From NCBI GenBank assembly GCA_017886895.1, contig JAGHJD010000078.1, forward strand, positions 10,355-74,354: DNA of 64,000 nt, in the 5' to 3' direction. Made by a program: the position numbers and the translations under genes. The notes below the pieces were generated by a model that was given only the letters and a program-made list of their open reading frames with translations, had not been told where the DNA came from and searched no databases. This DNA is from Clostridia bacterium. Its GTDB lineage: Bacteria > Bacillota > Clostridia > Christensenellales > Borkfalkiaceae. Below, piece by piece: positions 28,747 through 38,508 of the stretch; position 1 is the stretch's first letter; the number at the start of each line of letters is the position of its first letter.

Positions 28747-31290
28747 TTACTTTCCTTCCTTTATGCCGACGACCTTATAGCCCGCATCCTCGATCGCTTT
28801 AACGAGGGTCTCATCCGCAACGTCCGTCTGTACGACGGCGCGTTTCTTTTTCAGTTCCACCGTCGCTTTGACGCCTTCGATCGCGTTGAGGGCGCTTTCC
28901 ACCCGCCCCACGCAGTGCATACAGCTCATTCCTTCGATCTTAATGATTTTTTGCATCGATTTATCCTCCTGATTTTTTATCGAGCAGCTTTCTGCCGTAC
29001 ATGCCGGCAGCGTTTTCGCCCCTTTCGGGCGAAAACGCATCAGCCGCAGCGCATTCGTCACAACAAATACCGAACTCAGGCTCATCGCCAAAGCCCCGTA
29101 CATGGGCTGGAGCACCACCCCCACGGCATACAGCACGCCCGCAGCGACGGGAATGCACAGCAAATTATAGATAAACGCCCAGAACAGGTTCTGGTGGATA
29201 TTGCGCACCGTCGCTCGGCTCAGGTCGATCGCCGCATTCACGGCACGCAGATCGCCGCCCACGAGCACGACGTCTGCCGAGTCGATCGCCACGTCCGTGC
29301 CGTTCCCCATCGCGATACCGACGTCCGCCTCTTTGAGCGCGGGGGCGTCGTTGATGCCGTCTCCGACCATGGCGGTGACGGCGGTCTTTTTGCTCTCTAT
29401 GACGGCATCGAGCTTGTCCTGCGGCAGAACTTCCGAAATGACCCGTTCGATGCCCGCCTGCCGCGCAACGGCGCGCGCCGCGCCCGCAGAATCCCCCGTG
29501 AGCATAACGGGCGTCACCCCGCGCTCCTTCAGCCCCGCGACCGCTTCCGCGCTGCCCTCTTTGATGACGTCCGCCACGGCAAACAGTGCCGCGAGTTTCC
29601 CGTTCTGCGCAAAATAGAGCACCGTCTTCCCCTCATCCGAAAGACGCGCCGCATCCCGCTCCGCATCCGCGGTCTCCACACTATGTTCCCGCATCAGGCG
29701 GAGATTCCCGATCAGGCACTCCTTTCCCGCGCACCGCGCCGCCGCTCCCATGCCTGCGGCATAGGAAAACCCTTCGGTTTCGGGAAAGGATACACCCTCT
29801 GCCTGCGCCCGCTCCACAAGGCATGCGGCAAGCGGATGATTGGAGCTGCGCTCCACCGCGCCCGCTGCGGCGAGCACGTCTGCCTGCGAATATCCGCCGC
29901 AGGTAAGAATATCCGTAACGCGCGGCTTCCCCTCGGTTATAGTCGCCGTCTTATCCAGCAGGACGCAGCCGACGTTTTTTGCCTTTTGCAGCGCCTCGGC
30001 GTCCTTATACAAGATCCCCATAGACGCGCCCCGCCCCGTCGCCGCCATGACCGCAACGGGCGTCGCAAGCCCGAGCGCGCAGGGGCAGGAGATGACGAGC
30101 ACGCTGATAGACATGCTCAAAATCTCGGGCACCGAGACGCCGACCGCGCCCGTACCCCACAGGATCATCCAGACCGCAAAAGTAAGGGCGGCAATACCGA
30201 GCACGACGGGTACGAAAACGCCCGCGATCTTATCCACCGCTTTTTCGATGGGCGCCTTTGACGTACCCGCCTCCCGTACCATTCTGACGATCTTGGAGAG
30301 CACGGTGTCTTCGCCGACTTTTTCGGCACGGATGCGAAGGACGTTGCCTTTGTTTACGGACGCGCTCGTCACAAAGTCGCCCTCGCCGACTTCCACGGGG
30401 AGGCTCTCCCCCGTTATTGCGGATTTGTCGACGAAAGATTCTCCGGATACGATGACGCCGTCGACGGGAATACTGTCGCCCTGGCGCACGACGACGATGT
30501 CGCCGCGCGCGACCTCGGCAAGGCGCACCGTCTTCATCTCGCCGCCGCGCTCAACCGTCACGGCATCGGGCGCAAGTTTTAAAAGTTTTTCGATCTCCTC
30601 GCCCGTCTTGCCCTTGGAGCGCGCCTCCAGCCATTTGCCGAGGGTGACGAGCGTGAGCACCATCGCCGCGGATTCAAAAAACAAATCATCCATCACGAGC
30701 GCGTGCGCGTCTCCGAACGGCATGACGAACATGACGACTACGCTGTACAAATATGAGACTGCGGCGCCGAGGCTGACGAGCGTATCCATGTTGGGTACGC
30801 GCTTGAACAGCGCCCTGATCCCGCTCTTGAAAAAGGCAAAGTTGATAAAGAGGACGGGCGTGGTCAGAATCAATTGCAAAAGCGCAAAATTTTCCGGGCA
30901 GCGGTGCATGTCGAAAAAGTACGGCAGCGGCGCCCCCGCCATATGGTGCAGCATCGTCAGATAAAAGAGCGGGACGAGAAAACCGAGCGAAACAAAGAAG
31001 CGCAGTTTCAGCTTTCTCGCCTCTTCGCCGAAGGCGTTCACCCGCCTTTCCTGCCGCTCTTCCCCCTTTTCTTTCTCCCCGTCCGCAACGGCGGCGCCGT
31101 AGCCGAGCGCGACGACAGCGGCGACGATCTTCTCCGCATCCACCGCGGACTCGTCATATTCGACGGTCATGCTCTGCCCCATCAGGCTGACTTCCGCCTT
31201 TTTGACGCCGTCGAGTTTATTCACCGTCTTTTGTATGCCCGCCGAACAGGCGGCGCACGTCATGCCCGTGACGTGAAATCGCTGCTGCAT
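28747..31290 (-). CDS. copA: Cu(I)-translocating P1B-type ATPase with N- and C-terminal HMA domains
   Basis: GMTCAAC, TGES, CPC, HP, GDGIND, YN, MSLSS, C-terminal GMSCMHC; phosphorylation motif reads DKTAT. Confidence 0.9.
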   Translation of the reverse strand: MQQRFHVTGMTCAACSAGIQKTVNKLDGVKKAEVSLMGQSMTVEYDESAVDAEKIVAAVVALGYGAAVADGEKEKGEERQERRVNAFGEEARKLKLRFFVSLGFLVPLFYLTMLHHMAGAPLPYFFDMHRCPENFALLQLILTTPVLFINFAFFKSGIRALFKRVPNMDTLVSLGAAVSYLYSVVVMFVMPFGDAHALVMDDLFFESAAMVLTLVTLGKWLEARSKGKTGEEIEKLLKLAPDAVTVERGGEMKTVRLAEVARGDIVVVRQGDSIPVDGVIVSGESFVDKSAITGESLPVEVGEGDFVTSASVNKGNVLRIRAEKVGEDTVLSKIVRMVREAGTSKAPIEKAVDKIAGVFVPVVLGIAALTFAVWMILWGTGAVGVSVPEILSMSISVLVISCPCALGLATPVAVMAATGRGASMGILYKDAEALQKAKNVGCVLLDKTATITEGKPRVTDILTCGGYSQADVLAAAGAVERSSNHPLAACLVERAQAEGVSFPETEGFSYAAGMGAAARCAGKECLIGNLRLMREHSVETADAERDAARLSDEGKTVLYFAQNGKLAALFAVADVIKEGSAEAVAGLKERGVTPVMLTGDSAGAARAVARQAGIERVISEVLPQDKLDAVIESKKTAVTAMVGDGINDAPALKEADVGIAMGNGTDVAIDSADVVLVGGDLRAVNAAIDLSRATVRNIHQNLFWAFIYNLLCIPVAAGVLYAVGVVLQPMYGALAMSLSSVFVVTNALRLMRFRPKGAKTLPACTAESCSIKNQEDKSMQKIIKIEGMSCMHCVGRVESALNAIEGVKATVELKKKRAVVQTDVADETLVKAIEDAGYKVVGIKEGK

Positions 31291-31325
31291 GATTTTCCTC
31301 AATCTCTACTATTATAGTCGTAATT

Positions 31326-31354
31326 ATTATACCGTAAGCGACGCACTCTGTCAA
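31326..31354 (-). promoter_or_regulatory. sigmaA promoter of copA
   Basis: TTGACA-17-TATAAT on minus strand. Confidence 0.8.
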
Positions 31355-31427
31355 CGGTCCGCACAAAAAGCCGCGGAGCGGAAATCGTATCGGTATTGCC
31401 GCCGCTCCGAAACATGCAGCCAAACGC

Positions 31428-31456
31428 TTGCGGAAAAAACATTTCAATGTTATACT
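31428..31456 (+). promoter_or_regulatory. sigmaA promoter of the nucleotidyltransferase gene
   Basis: TTGCGG-17-TATACT with TGn extension. Confidence 0.6.
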
Positions 31457-31474
31457 GTCTGCCGAGGTGAACCC

Positions 31475-32269
31475 ATGTATAAGCATCACGCGGAATCCGT
31501 TGAAAAACTCAAAGAATATTTCCTCCCCATGGACGGCATGATCGCGATCGTGCTGGACGGCTCTGTCGTAAAAGGGAACGAACGCCCCGATTCGGACATC
31601 GACGCGCTCATCGTCGTGACCGAAGAAAAATACGCGGAGCTTGCCGCGCAGAACAGGCTCGCCGAAGTCATTCCGGGGCACTGCACGTATGAGGGCGGTT
31701 ACTTCGACGTGAAATATAAGACAAAAGCGATTTTGGCAGACGCCGCCCTGCACGCGAGCGAACCGACCCGCAATGCGTACGTCAAAGCGCGCGTCCTGTA
31801 TTCCTCAGACGCGGAGATCGCTCCGCTCGTTGAAAAAATCGCCGCATATCCCGAGCACGAAAGGCGCGAAAAAATCAAGTGCTTCAACGCGAACCTGCAG
31901 CTCAACCGCGGCTATTTCCTGCACTGCGTTCCCGAAGAGAACGCCTATATGCGCGCGCATCTTGCGCAGGAGATCGTGTACAGCGTCTACCGCCTCATCC
32001 TCGCCGAAAACAGAGAGCTGTTCCCCTGCAACAGACGGCTGGAAGAGACGGTCGCCAAATGCAAAAAACGCCCCGCCGATATATTGGAACTCGGCACGGC
32101 ATTTCTCCGCAAGGTGACTGTAGAAAACTGCGAAAAATTCGTGACCGCATTCTGGAAGCAGAGCGCCCTGCCGCTGACCGACGATGTCAGCGAAAACTGT
32201 TCGCAATATGTAAAATATTACGAGGACTGGTGGCGGGAAGAACGCCCGCCCTTCCCCAACGAGTGGTGA
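31475..32269 (+). CDS. Pol-beta-superfamily nucleotidyltransferase domain protein (264 aa)
   Basis: GS..KG..RPDSDID motif; GAGGTG RBS before MYKHH; helical C-terminal half. Confidence 0.8.
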   Translation: MYKHHAESVEKLKEYFLPMDGMIAIVLDGSVVKGNERPDSDIDALIVVTEEKYAELAAQNRLAEVIPGHCTYEGGYFDVKYKTKAILADAALHASEPTRNAYVKARVLYSSDAEIAPLVEKIAAYPEHERREKIKCFNANLQLNRGYFLHCVPEENAYMRAHLAQEIVYSVYRLILAENRELFPCNRRLEETVAKCKKRPADILELGTAFLRKVTVENCEKFVTAFWKQSALPLTDDVSENCSQYVKYYEDWWREERPPFPNEW

Positions 32270-32311
32270 ACACGCCCGCACGCACGTATTTTTCCCTTTT
32301 TCCGAACATAG

Positions 32312-32350
32312 AAAACGGGCGGAACCTTTCGGTTCCGCCCGCATTTTTTT
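32312..32350. terminator. Bidirectional intrinsic terminator
   Basis: AAAA-CGGGCGGAACC-tttc-GGTTCCGCCCG-ca-T7. Confidence 0.8.
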
Positions 32351-32534
32351 ACTTGGATTCTTCTACGTTCAAAACTTCCCTGCCGTCATAATAGCCGCAC
32401 TTTTTGCAGACCTTGTGGGGCTGTTTCAGCTCATGGCAATGCGGGCACTCTACGAGCGTAGGCGCTGCGGCTTTGAAGTTTGCATATCTTGTATTCGTTC
32501 TCTGTTTGGATTGTTTGGACTTGGGTACAGCCAT
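32349..32534 (-). CDS. rpmF: 50S ribosomal protein bL32 (Zn-ribbon form)
   Basis: MAVPKSKQSK, CPHC...CKKCGYY. Confidence 0.97.
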   Translation of the reverse strand: MAVPKSKQSKQRTNTRYANFKAAAPTLVECPHCHELKQPHKVCKKCGYYDGREVLNVEESK

Positions 32535-32576
32535 CTCCGTTCACCTCATCTATCTGTTTTACTGCTGACTTGCAAG

Positions 32577-32605
32577 ATTATACCCTATTCAGGCAACTTT
32601 GTCAA
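32577..32605 (-). promoter_or_regulatory. sigmaA promoter of rpmF
   Basis: TTGACA-17-TATAAT on minus strand. Confidence 0.8.
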
Positions 32606-32637
32606 CTTATTTTTATGCAAAAAGACAAAAGTTTCGC

Positions 32638-33840
32638 TCACTTCGCCTCAACGAGTTCCTTCGTTTCGCGCGCAATGACGAGCTCTTCGTTCGTGGGGAT
32701 GACGAGGACTTTGACTTTGGAATCCGCGCCCGAAATGTCGTGAATGGAGCCGTCGTTCTTCTGCTCGTTTTTGAGCGCGTCGATCGTGATACCGAAAAAG
32801 CTCATGCCGTCGCAGATCTCGCGGCGCACCTGCCAGGTATTCTCGCCGATCCCCGCCGTAAAGACGAGGCAGTCGATCCCGTTCATCGCCGCGATATACG
32901 AACCGATATACTTCTTCACGTCATAGGCGAATACGTCGATCGCGAGCTTCGCGCGCTCGTTCCCCTCCGACGCCGCTTTCGTGAGATCGCGGAAGTCGCT
33001 CGACACGCCGCTGATGCCCGCAACGCCGCACTGCTTGTTCAGATAATTGATGCAGTCGAGCATCGTGTAATGTTTTTTCGCGGCAAGGTACTCCAGCACG
33101 GCGGGATCGATGTCGCCCGAGCGCGTCCCCATCGGCACGCCCGCAAGCGGCGTAAAGCCCATGCTCGTATCGACGCACTTCCCGCCCATGACGGCGCTGA
33201 CAGACGAACCGCCGCCGAGGTGGCAGGTGACGATCTTCGTCTCTTCGGCGGGCTTGCCGAGGTATTTGATCGCCTCCTGCGAGACATATTTGTGGCTCGT
33301 GCCGTGGAATCCGTAACGGCGGACTTTATAATCCTTATAATCGTTATAATCGATGGCGTACATAAACGCATGCGCGGGCATGGTAGAATGGAACGCCGTA
33401 TCGAACACGAGCGCCATCGGCGTATCGGGCATCACTTCGCGGCACGCCTCGATGCCGAGGATATTCGCGGGCATATGCAGCGGCGCAAGTTCGATATTTG
33501 CGCGGCACTTTTGCATCACTTCGTCGGTCAGCAGAACGGAGCGGTTGAAATCCTCCCCGCTGTGGACGACGCGGTGCCCCACCGCGTCGATCTCGCGCAT
33601 GGACTTGATCGCGCCGTACTTCTCATTGACGAGCGCGTCCAGCACAAGTTTGAGCGCGACCTTGTGGTTGGGCATATCCTGTTCGATGTCCGTCTCGCCC
33701 CTGCTCGTCTTATGCGTGAGCTTGGAACCGCGGATACCGATGCGCTCGCAGCCGCCCTTGGCGATCACGGTCTCCGTATCCATGTCGATGAGCTGATACT
33801 TGAGGGAGGAGCTCCCTGCGTTTACGACTAAGATCTTCAT
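32638..33840 (-). CDS. ackA: Acetate kinase
   Basis: NAGSSSLK, GHRVVH, RRYGFHGTSH, FTAGIGEN, TNEE. Confidence 0.97.
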   Translation of the reverse strand: MKILVVNAGSSSLKYQLIDMDTETVIAKGGCERIGIRGSKLTHKTSRGETDIEQDMPNHKVALKLVLDALVNEKYGAIKSMREIDAVGHRVVHSGEDFNRSVLLTDEVMQKCRANIELAPLHMPANILGIEACREVMPDTPMALVFDTAFHSTMPAHAFMYAIDYNDYKDYKVRRYGFHGTSHKYVSQEAIKYLGKPAEETKIVTCHLGGGSSVSAVMGGKCVDTSMGFTPLAGVPMGTRSGDIDPAVLEYLAAKKHYTMLDCINYLNKQCGVAGISGVSSDFRDLTKAASEGNERAKLAIDVFAYDVKKYIGSYIAAMNGIDCLVFTAGIGENTWQVRREICDGMSFFGITIDALKNEQKNDGSIHDISGADSKVKVLVIPTNEELVIARETKELVEAK

Positions 33841-33869
33841 ATGAAAACTCCCTTTCAGAAATGATCTGC

Positions 33870-35084
33870 TTACTTGATCTGCGTCTGCAGCGCCGTTATC
33901 GCGACCGCCGCAACAACGTCATCCGACTTGCAGCCGCGCGAAAGATCGTTGATGGGCTTTGCAAACCCCTGGCAGAGCGGCCCTACCGCCTGGAACCCGC
34001 CCAAACGCTCCGTGAGCTTGTAGCCGATATTCCCCGCGTCGAGATCGGGGAAAATGAGTACGTTCGCGTGGCCCGCCACTTTCGAGCCGGGCGCCTTCGA
34101 TTTCGCCACGGACGGAACGATCGCAGCATCGAGCTGAAGTTCGCCGTCGATATTGAGCTCCGGCGCCTTTTCCTTTGCCATCGCGAGCGCCGCCGTCACC
34201 TTGTCGATATCCGCATGCTTTGCGCTGCCCTTCGTCGAGAAGGAGAGCATCGCCACGCGCGGCTGCATCCCCGCGATCTGCTCCGCCGTCTTTGCAGACA
34301 TGATCGCGATCTCAGCAAGCTGTTCGCTCGTCGGGTTTTCGTTCAGCCCGCAGTCCGAATAGATGAACGCGCCGTCCTCGCAATATTGGTTCCCCGCCGC
34401 AGGAGCGACCATGAGAAAATAGCTGGAGACGAGCGGCACGCCGGGCGCAGCTTTCACGATCTGAAGCCCCGGGCGCAGCGTGTTCGCTGTGGAATGGCAC
34501 GCGCCCGAAACCAGCCCGTCCGCATCGCCTGCCTTCAGCATGAGGACGCCGAAATAGGTATTGTCATAGGAGAGTTTTTCCGCCTCTTCCTCCGTCATGC
34601 CCTTCGCCTTGCGCAGCGAATACAGCAACGCCGCGTACTCGGCGCGCTTCGCACTCTTTGCGGGATCGATGACCGTAACGCCCGCAAGGTCGACCGCGGG
34701 ATTGTCCTTTGCGATCTGTTCGGGGTCGCCGAGCAGGATGATCTTTGCGATACCCTGCGCCGTAGCGTCCGCCGCGGCCATTACGACGCGCGCGTCCTCT
34801 CCTTCGCAGAGAACGATCGTTTTATTGAGTGCGGCAGCCTTCTTCTTTATCTCGCGCATCACGGGGCTCTCCGCTTCGGCTGCGGCTTTGCGCGCGGTTT
34901 CCTCTTTCTCTTCCCGCTGTTTTTTGCGCTCCGCGGCTTCTTCTTTTATTTTCCCTGCGTCTTCGCGGATCTCGTCGACGTTGTCCTTTATTTCCTCTGC
35001 CGCGTCTTTCGCTTCGCGGTACTTCTCGAAAGAGTCATTCACCGCAGAGATCTTCTCTTTCAGTTTATCGAAAAAGCCTGCCAT
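33870..35084 (-). CDS. pta: Phosphate acetyltransferase with ~75-aa charged N-terminal extension
   Basis: EGED.RV, LSFSTKGSA, DGELQLDAA, NIGYK, NDLSRGC; GAGGT RBS before MAGFFDK. Confidence 0.93.
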   Translation of the reverse strand: MAGFFDKLKEKISAVNDSFEKYREAKDAAEEIKDNVDEIREDAGKIKEEAAERKKQREEKEETARKAAAEAESPVMREIKKKAAALNKTIVLCEGEDARVVMAAADATAQGIAKIILLGDPEQIAKDNPAVDLAGVTVIDPAKSAKRAEYAALLYSLRKAKGMTEEEAEKLSYDNTYFGVLMLKAGDADGLVSGACHSTANTLRPGLQIVKAAPGVPLVSSYFLMVAPAAGNQYCEDGAFIYSDCGLNENPTSEQLAEIAIMSAKTAEQIAGMQPRVAMLSFSTKGSAKHADIDKVTAALAMAKEKAPELNIDGELQLDAAIVPSVAKSKAPGSKVAGHANVLIFPDLDAGNIGYKLTERLGGFQAVGPLCQGFAKPINDLSRGCKSDDVVAAVAITALQTQIK

Positions 35085-35222
35085 ATAATTTACCTCTATC
35101 GCTTTATTTTTTGCCGAAAATGCGCTATAATGATTGCAGCGGAGCCGCATTGCGCCCCGCCCGGCACTTTATCCTAATTATAATACAATTCTTCCGAAAA
35201 GTAAAAGGTTTTGAGAAAAAAA

Positions 35223-36407
35223 ATGAAAATTTGCGGCATTATTTGCGAATACAATCCCCTGCACAACGGGCATGTGTATCTCATCGGAAAAGCGAGGGAA
35301 CTGAGCGGCTGCGACGCGGTGATCTGCATGATGAGCGGAAATTTCACCCAGCGCGGCGAACCCGCCGTTCTTGATAAATACGCGCGCGCGGGTCATGCGA
35401 TCCTTGCGGGCGCCGATGCGGTCATCGAGCTTCCCACCGTGTTCGCCCTTTCACCCGCAGAATTGTTCGCGCATGGCGCCGTCCGCCTGCTCAATGCGAT
35501 TCCGGGGTTCGATACGCTCGCTTTCGGATGTGAAGAGCCGGACCGCGAACGCTTTCTCGCCGCGGCAAAGACGACTTCGGAGGAGAGCCGCGGATTCCGC
35601 CGCGCCCTGCGGCTGCGTCTCAAAGCGGGTATCAGCCTGACGCGGGCACGCACCGAAGCACTCGTGGAAACGGGAGCGGGCGATACGGCGGCGCTTTTGC
35701 AGTCTCCGAACAATATCCTCGGCGTAGAGTACCAGAAAGCGCTGTTCTCCTGTGGCAGCCTTGCGCAGATTTTGCCCGTAAAACGTACGGGCGCCAATTA
35801 TTCCGACGAGGAACTGTATAAAAATTTTTCCTCTGCCACCGCGATCCGCGCCGCCGTCGCCGAGGGCAAAGAGCGCGCCGTCCGGAAAAACGTGCCCGAT
35901 TTCGTCGCGGACGATCTTTTCTCTTCCGCAACGGACGGGGCCGTATTCAAAAAACTTGCGGTCTACGCGGCGCTTACGCAGAGCGCGGAACAGCTAAGGC
36001 GCGTCCTTGATTGTTCGGAGGGATTGGAAAACCGCATCAAAGCGCTTGCAAAGGACAACCCGGACTACGACATCCTCATAAACAAGGCAACGACAAAGCG
36101 CTACATTTCCTCTCGCATCCGCCGCATCCTCGCCGCCGCAACGCTCGGCATCTCTGCCGAGCTCGTGCGCAAGGCGCTGCGCGCCCCGCTGTATCTGAAA
36201 GTGCTCGCCGTAAAAAATGACCGCGCAGACGACGTCCTCGGCGCGCTCGGACGCGCCGCATTCCCCGCAATAGCGCGCAAAGGCGACCTCTCCGCACTTT
36301 CGGGCACGGCAAAAGAGGTTTATGAAAATGACCTGCTCGCCGCCGATATTTACGGGCTTGTGAGCGGAAAGCCTGCAAACCGCACACAGACCTTATTTAT
36401 CCGCTGA
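35223..36407 (+). CDS. tmcAL: tRNA(Met) cytidine acetate ligase (YlbM family)
   Basis: GIICEYNPLHNGH, MSGNFTQRGEP, PNNILGVEY, SATAIR, EGLENRI; divergent from pta. Confidence 0.88.
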   Translation: MKICGIICEYNPLHNGHVYLIGKARELSGCDAVICMMSGNFTQRGEPAVLDKYARAGHAILAGADAVIELPTVFALSPAELFAHGAVRLLNAIPGFDTLAFGCEEPDRERFLAAAKTTSEESRGFRRALRLRLKAGISLTRARTEALVETGAGDTAALLQSPNNILGVEYQKALFSCGSLAQILPVKRTGANYSDEELYKNFSSATAIRAAVAEGKERAVRKNVPDFVADDLFSSATDGAVFKKLAVYAALTQSAEQLRRVLDCSEGLENRIKALAKDNPDYDILINKATTKRYISSRIRRILAAATLGISAELVRKALRAPLYLKVLAVKNDRADDVLGALGRAAFPAIARKGDLSALSGTAKEVYENDLLAADIYGLVSGKPANRTQTLFIR

Positions 36408-36446
36408 TTATGCCACACAAACTACTGTGCCAACCGCAAAAAAATG

Positions 36447-36476
36447 CAAAAGCGGCTCCCGCATGCGGGAGCCGCT
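36447..36476 (-). terminator. Terminator of rnpB
   Basis: Inverted repeat AGCGGCTCCCG...CGGGAGCCGCT followed by T tract on minus strand. Confidence 0.7.
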
Positions 36477-36491
36477 CTCTGTTTCCGAATC

Positions 36492-36834
36492 GTTCCGAGT
36501 TCGATCTGTAAGCCGAGTTCTGTCGTGTACGGTCATCTATCTGGGATCGCCGTTGCCGGCGAACTCTAGCGATATTCACGATACCCGCCGGGCGAGCAGC
36601 CCATGTGACGGATACCCAATCTTGCACCGGACGGGGTTTACACGGCACGCCGCGTTACCGCGGCGTCGGTGAGCTCTTACCTCCCCTTTCCATCCTTGCA
36701 GCATAGATCTGCGGTCTGTTTCTGTTGCACTTTCCTTGGAGTCGCCTCCACCGGACGTTATCCGGCGTCCTGCTCTGCGGTGCTCGGACTTTCCTCATGG
36801 CTTTCGCCACGCGACCGTATGATCGGCTCGGAAC
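36492..36834 (-). ncRNA. rnpB: RNase P RNA (type A-like)
   Basis: GAGGAAAGTCC, GGAAAGTGCAACAGAAA, GGTAAGAG, TAAACCCC, ACAGAACTCGGCTTAC conserved blocks; paired ends GTTCCGAG/CTCGGAAC. Confidence 0.97.
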
Positions 36835-36841
36835 AGACGAT

Positions 36842-36870
36842 ATTATAGCGGAAAAAAGAGCAGCTGTCAA
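36842..36870 (-). promoter_or_regulatory. sigmaA promoter of rnpB
   Basis: TTGACA-17-TATAAT ending just before the RNA 5' end. Confidence 0.85.
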
Positions 36871-36913
36871 CCGAAACGCCGCAAAGCCTTCTCCAAGTAT
36901 TCTCTGCAAACAC

Positions 36914-36942
36914 TTGTCTTTTTCCCGAAAATGTACTACAAT
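36914..36942 (+). promoter_or_regulatory. sigmaA promoter of pyk
   Basis: TTGTCT-17-TACAAT. Confidence 0.55.
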
Positions 36943-36999
36943 ATATTCAGACTGCGATATTATGCGGTCTGTAAAATCCGACACGGAGAGTTGTTTTCT

Positions 37000-38406
37000 A
37001 TGAAAAAAACAAAGATCGTTTGCACGATGGGCCCTGCCTGCCGCAATGAAGAGACGCTTACAAAAATGGCGCTTGCAGGCATGAACGTAGCGCGCCTGAA
37101 CTTTTCGCACGGCGATTACGAGGAGCACAAAAAAAATATCGACCTCATCAAAAAAGTGCGCGAAAAGCTGAACATTCCCCTCCCCATCATGCTGGATACG
37201 AAGGGACCCGAACTGCGGATCAGGACGTTTAAAAACCACAAGATCACCTTGAAAGAGGGAGACCCGTTCACCTTTACGACCGAGGAGATCGAGGGCGACC
37301 AGAGCAAAGTTTCCGTGTCCTACAAAGGCATCGTGAACGACCTTGAACCCGGCGACACCGTCCTCCTCAACAACGGGCTGCTCATCTTCAAAGTCACCGA
37401 AGTCACCAAGACGGAAGTACATACCGAAGTCGTGGTCGGCGGCGACCTGTCGGATAAAAAAAGCATGTTCTTCCCCGGGAAAACGCTCAGCCTCAAATAC
37501 CTCAGCGATCAGGACAAGAGCGATATTCTCTTCGGCATCGAACAGGGCATCGATTTCATCGCATGCTCCTTCACTTCCAAAGCGCAGGACATCCTCGATA
37601 TTCGCAAACTGCTCGAAGACAACGGCAACCCCGACATCGACCTCATCGCAAAGATCGAGAGCCAGAGCGGCGTAAACAATATCGATGAGATCTTGGAGGC
37701 TTCCAACGGCATCATGGTCGCGCGCGGCGACCTCGGCGTGGAAGTCCCCTACGAAGAGCTCCCGCAGATCCAGAAGATGCTCATCAACAAATGCCGCCTT
37801 GCGAGCAAACGCTGCATCACGGCGACGGAGATGCTCGAATCGATGATCAATCAGCCCCGCCCCACGCGTGCGGAGATCTCGGACGTGGCAAACGCTGTTT
37901 ACGACGGCACGAGCGCAGTCATGCTTTCGGGCGAAACGGCGGGAGGAAAGTATCCCGTTCAAGCCGTCGAAGCGATGGCAAAGATCTGCGTCGAAACCGA
38001 AAAACACCTTGAAACAAAGTACGGCGATAAACGCCCCGAAATCACGAGCCCCGCGGACGCGCTTTCGCATTCCGCCTGCGTGCTCGCCGAAGATATAGGC
38101 GCAAAGGCGATCGTCGTCTGTTCCCGCTCGGGCGGCACGGCGCGGCTCGTCTCCCGTTTCCGCCCGAACATCGACATCATCGGCATGACCATCGAGCCGA
38201 TGTCCTACCGCAAACTCGCCCTCTCCTGGGGCGTTATCCCGATGCTTTCCGAAGAGTTCACCTCGATGGACGTTCTGTTCTACCACGCTAAGCGCGCGGC
38301 GATCGAATCGGGCCTCGTCAAAAAGGGAGACCGCATCGTCATCACGGGCGGCAACCCGAACGGGAAGTCAGGCAATTCCAACGTCATCAATATCGAACAA
38401 ATTTAA
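37000..38406 (+). CDS. pyk: Pyruvate kinase
   Basis: KTKIVCTMGP, RLNFSHG, DTKGPE, IAKIE, MVARGDLG, MLSGETA. Confidence 0.97.
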   Translation: MKKTKIVCTMGPACRNEETLTKMALAGMNVARLNFSHGDYEEHKKNIDLIKKVREKLNIPLPIMLDTKGPELRIRTFKNHKITLKEGDPFTFTTEEIEGDQSKVSVSYKGIVNDLEPGDTVLLNNGLLIFKVTEVTKTEVHTEVVVGGDLSDKKSMFFPGKTLSLKYLSDQDKSDILFGIEQGIDFIACSFTSKAQDILDIRKLLEDNGNPDIDLIAKIESQSGVNNIDEILEASNGIMVARGDLGVEVPYEELPQIQKMLINKCRLASKRCITATEMLESMINQPRPTRAEISDVANAVYDGTSAVMLSGETAGGKYPVQAVEAMAKICVETEKHLETKYGDKRPEITSPADALSHSACVLAEDIGAKAIVVCSRSGGTARLVSRFRPNIDIIGMTIEPMSYRKLALSWGVIPMLSEEFTSMDVLFYHAKRAAIESGLVKKGDRIVITGGNPNGKSGNSNVINIEQI

Positions 38407-38414
38407 ACAAACGG

Positions 38415-38442
38415 AAAGAGCCGCCTGCGGGCGGCTCTTTTT
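38415..38442 (+). terminator. pyk terminator
   Basis: AAAGAGCCGCC-tgcg-GGCGGCTCTTTTT. Confidence 0.8.
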
Positions 38443-38461
38443 CCGTTTAAAATATGCGTGT

Positions 38462-38508
38462 AAAACCATACTACGGCGCACCGCTTTCGCGGCTCGCCGT
38501 AGTATAGT
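38462..38508 (-). terminator. Long hairpin terminator on minus strand
   Basis: ACTATACTACGGCG...CGCCGTAGTATGGT stem with GAAA apical loop and short T tail. Confidence 0.6.

Noticed and set aside
36397-37003. Small ORFs in the tmcAL-pyk interval
   Set aside because: They overlap the RNase P RNA gene and its promoter, which explain the region.
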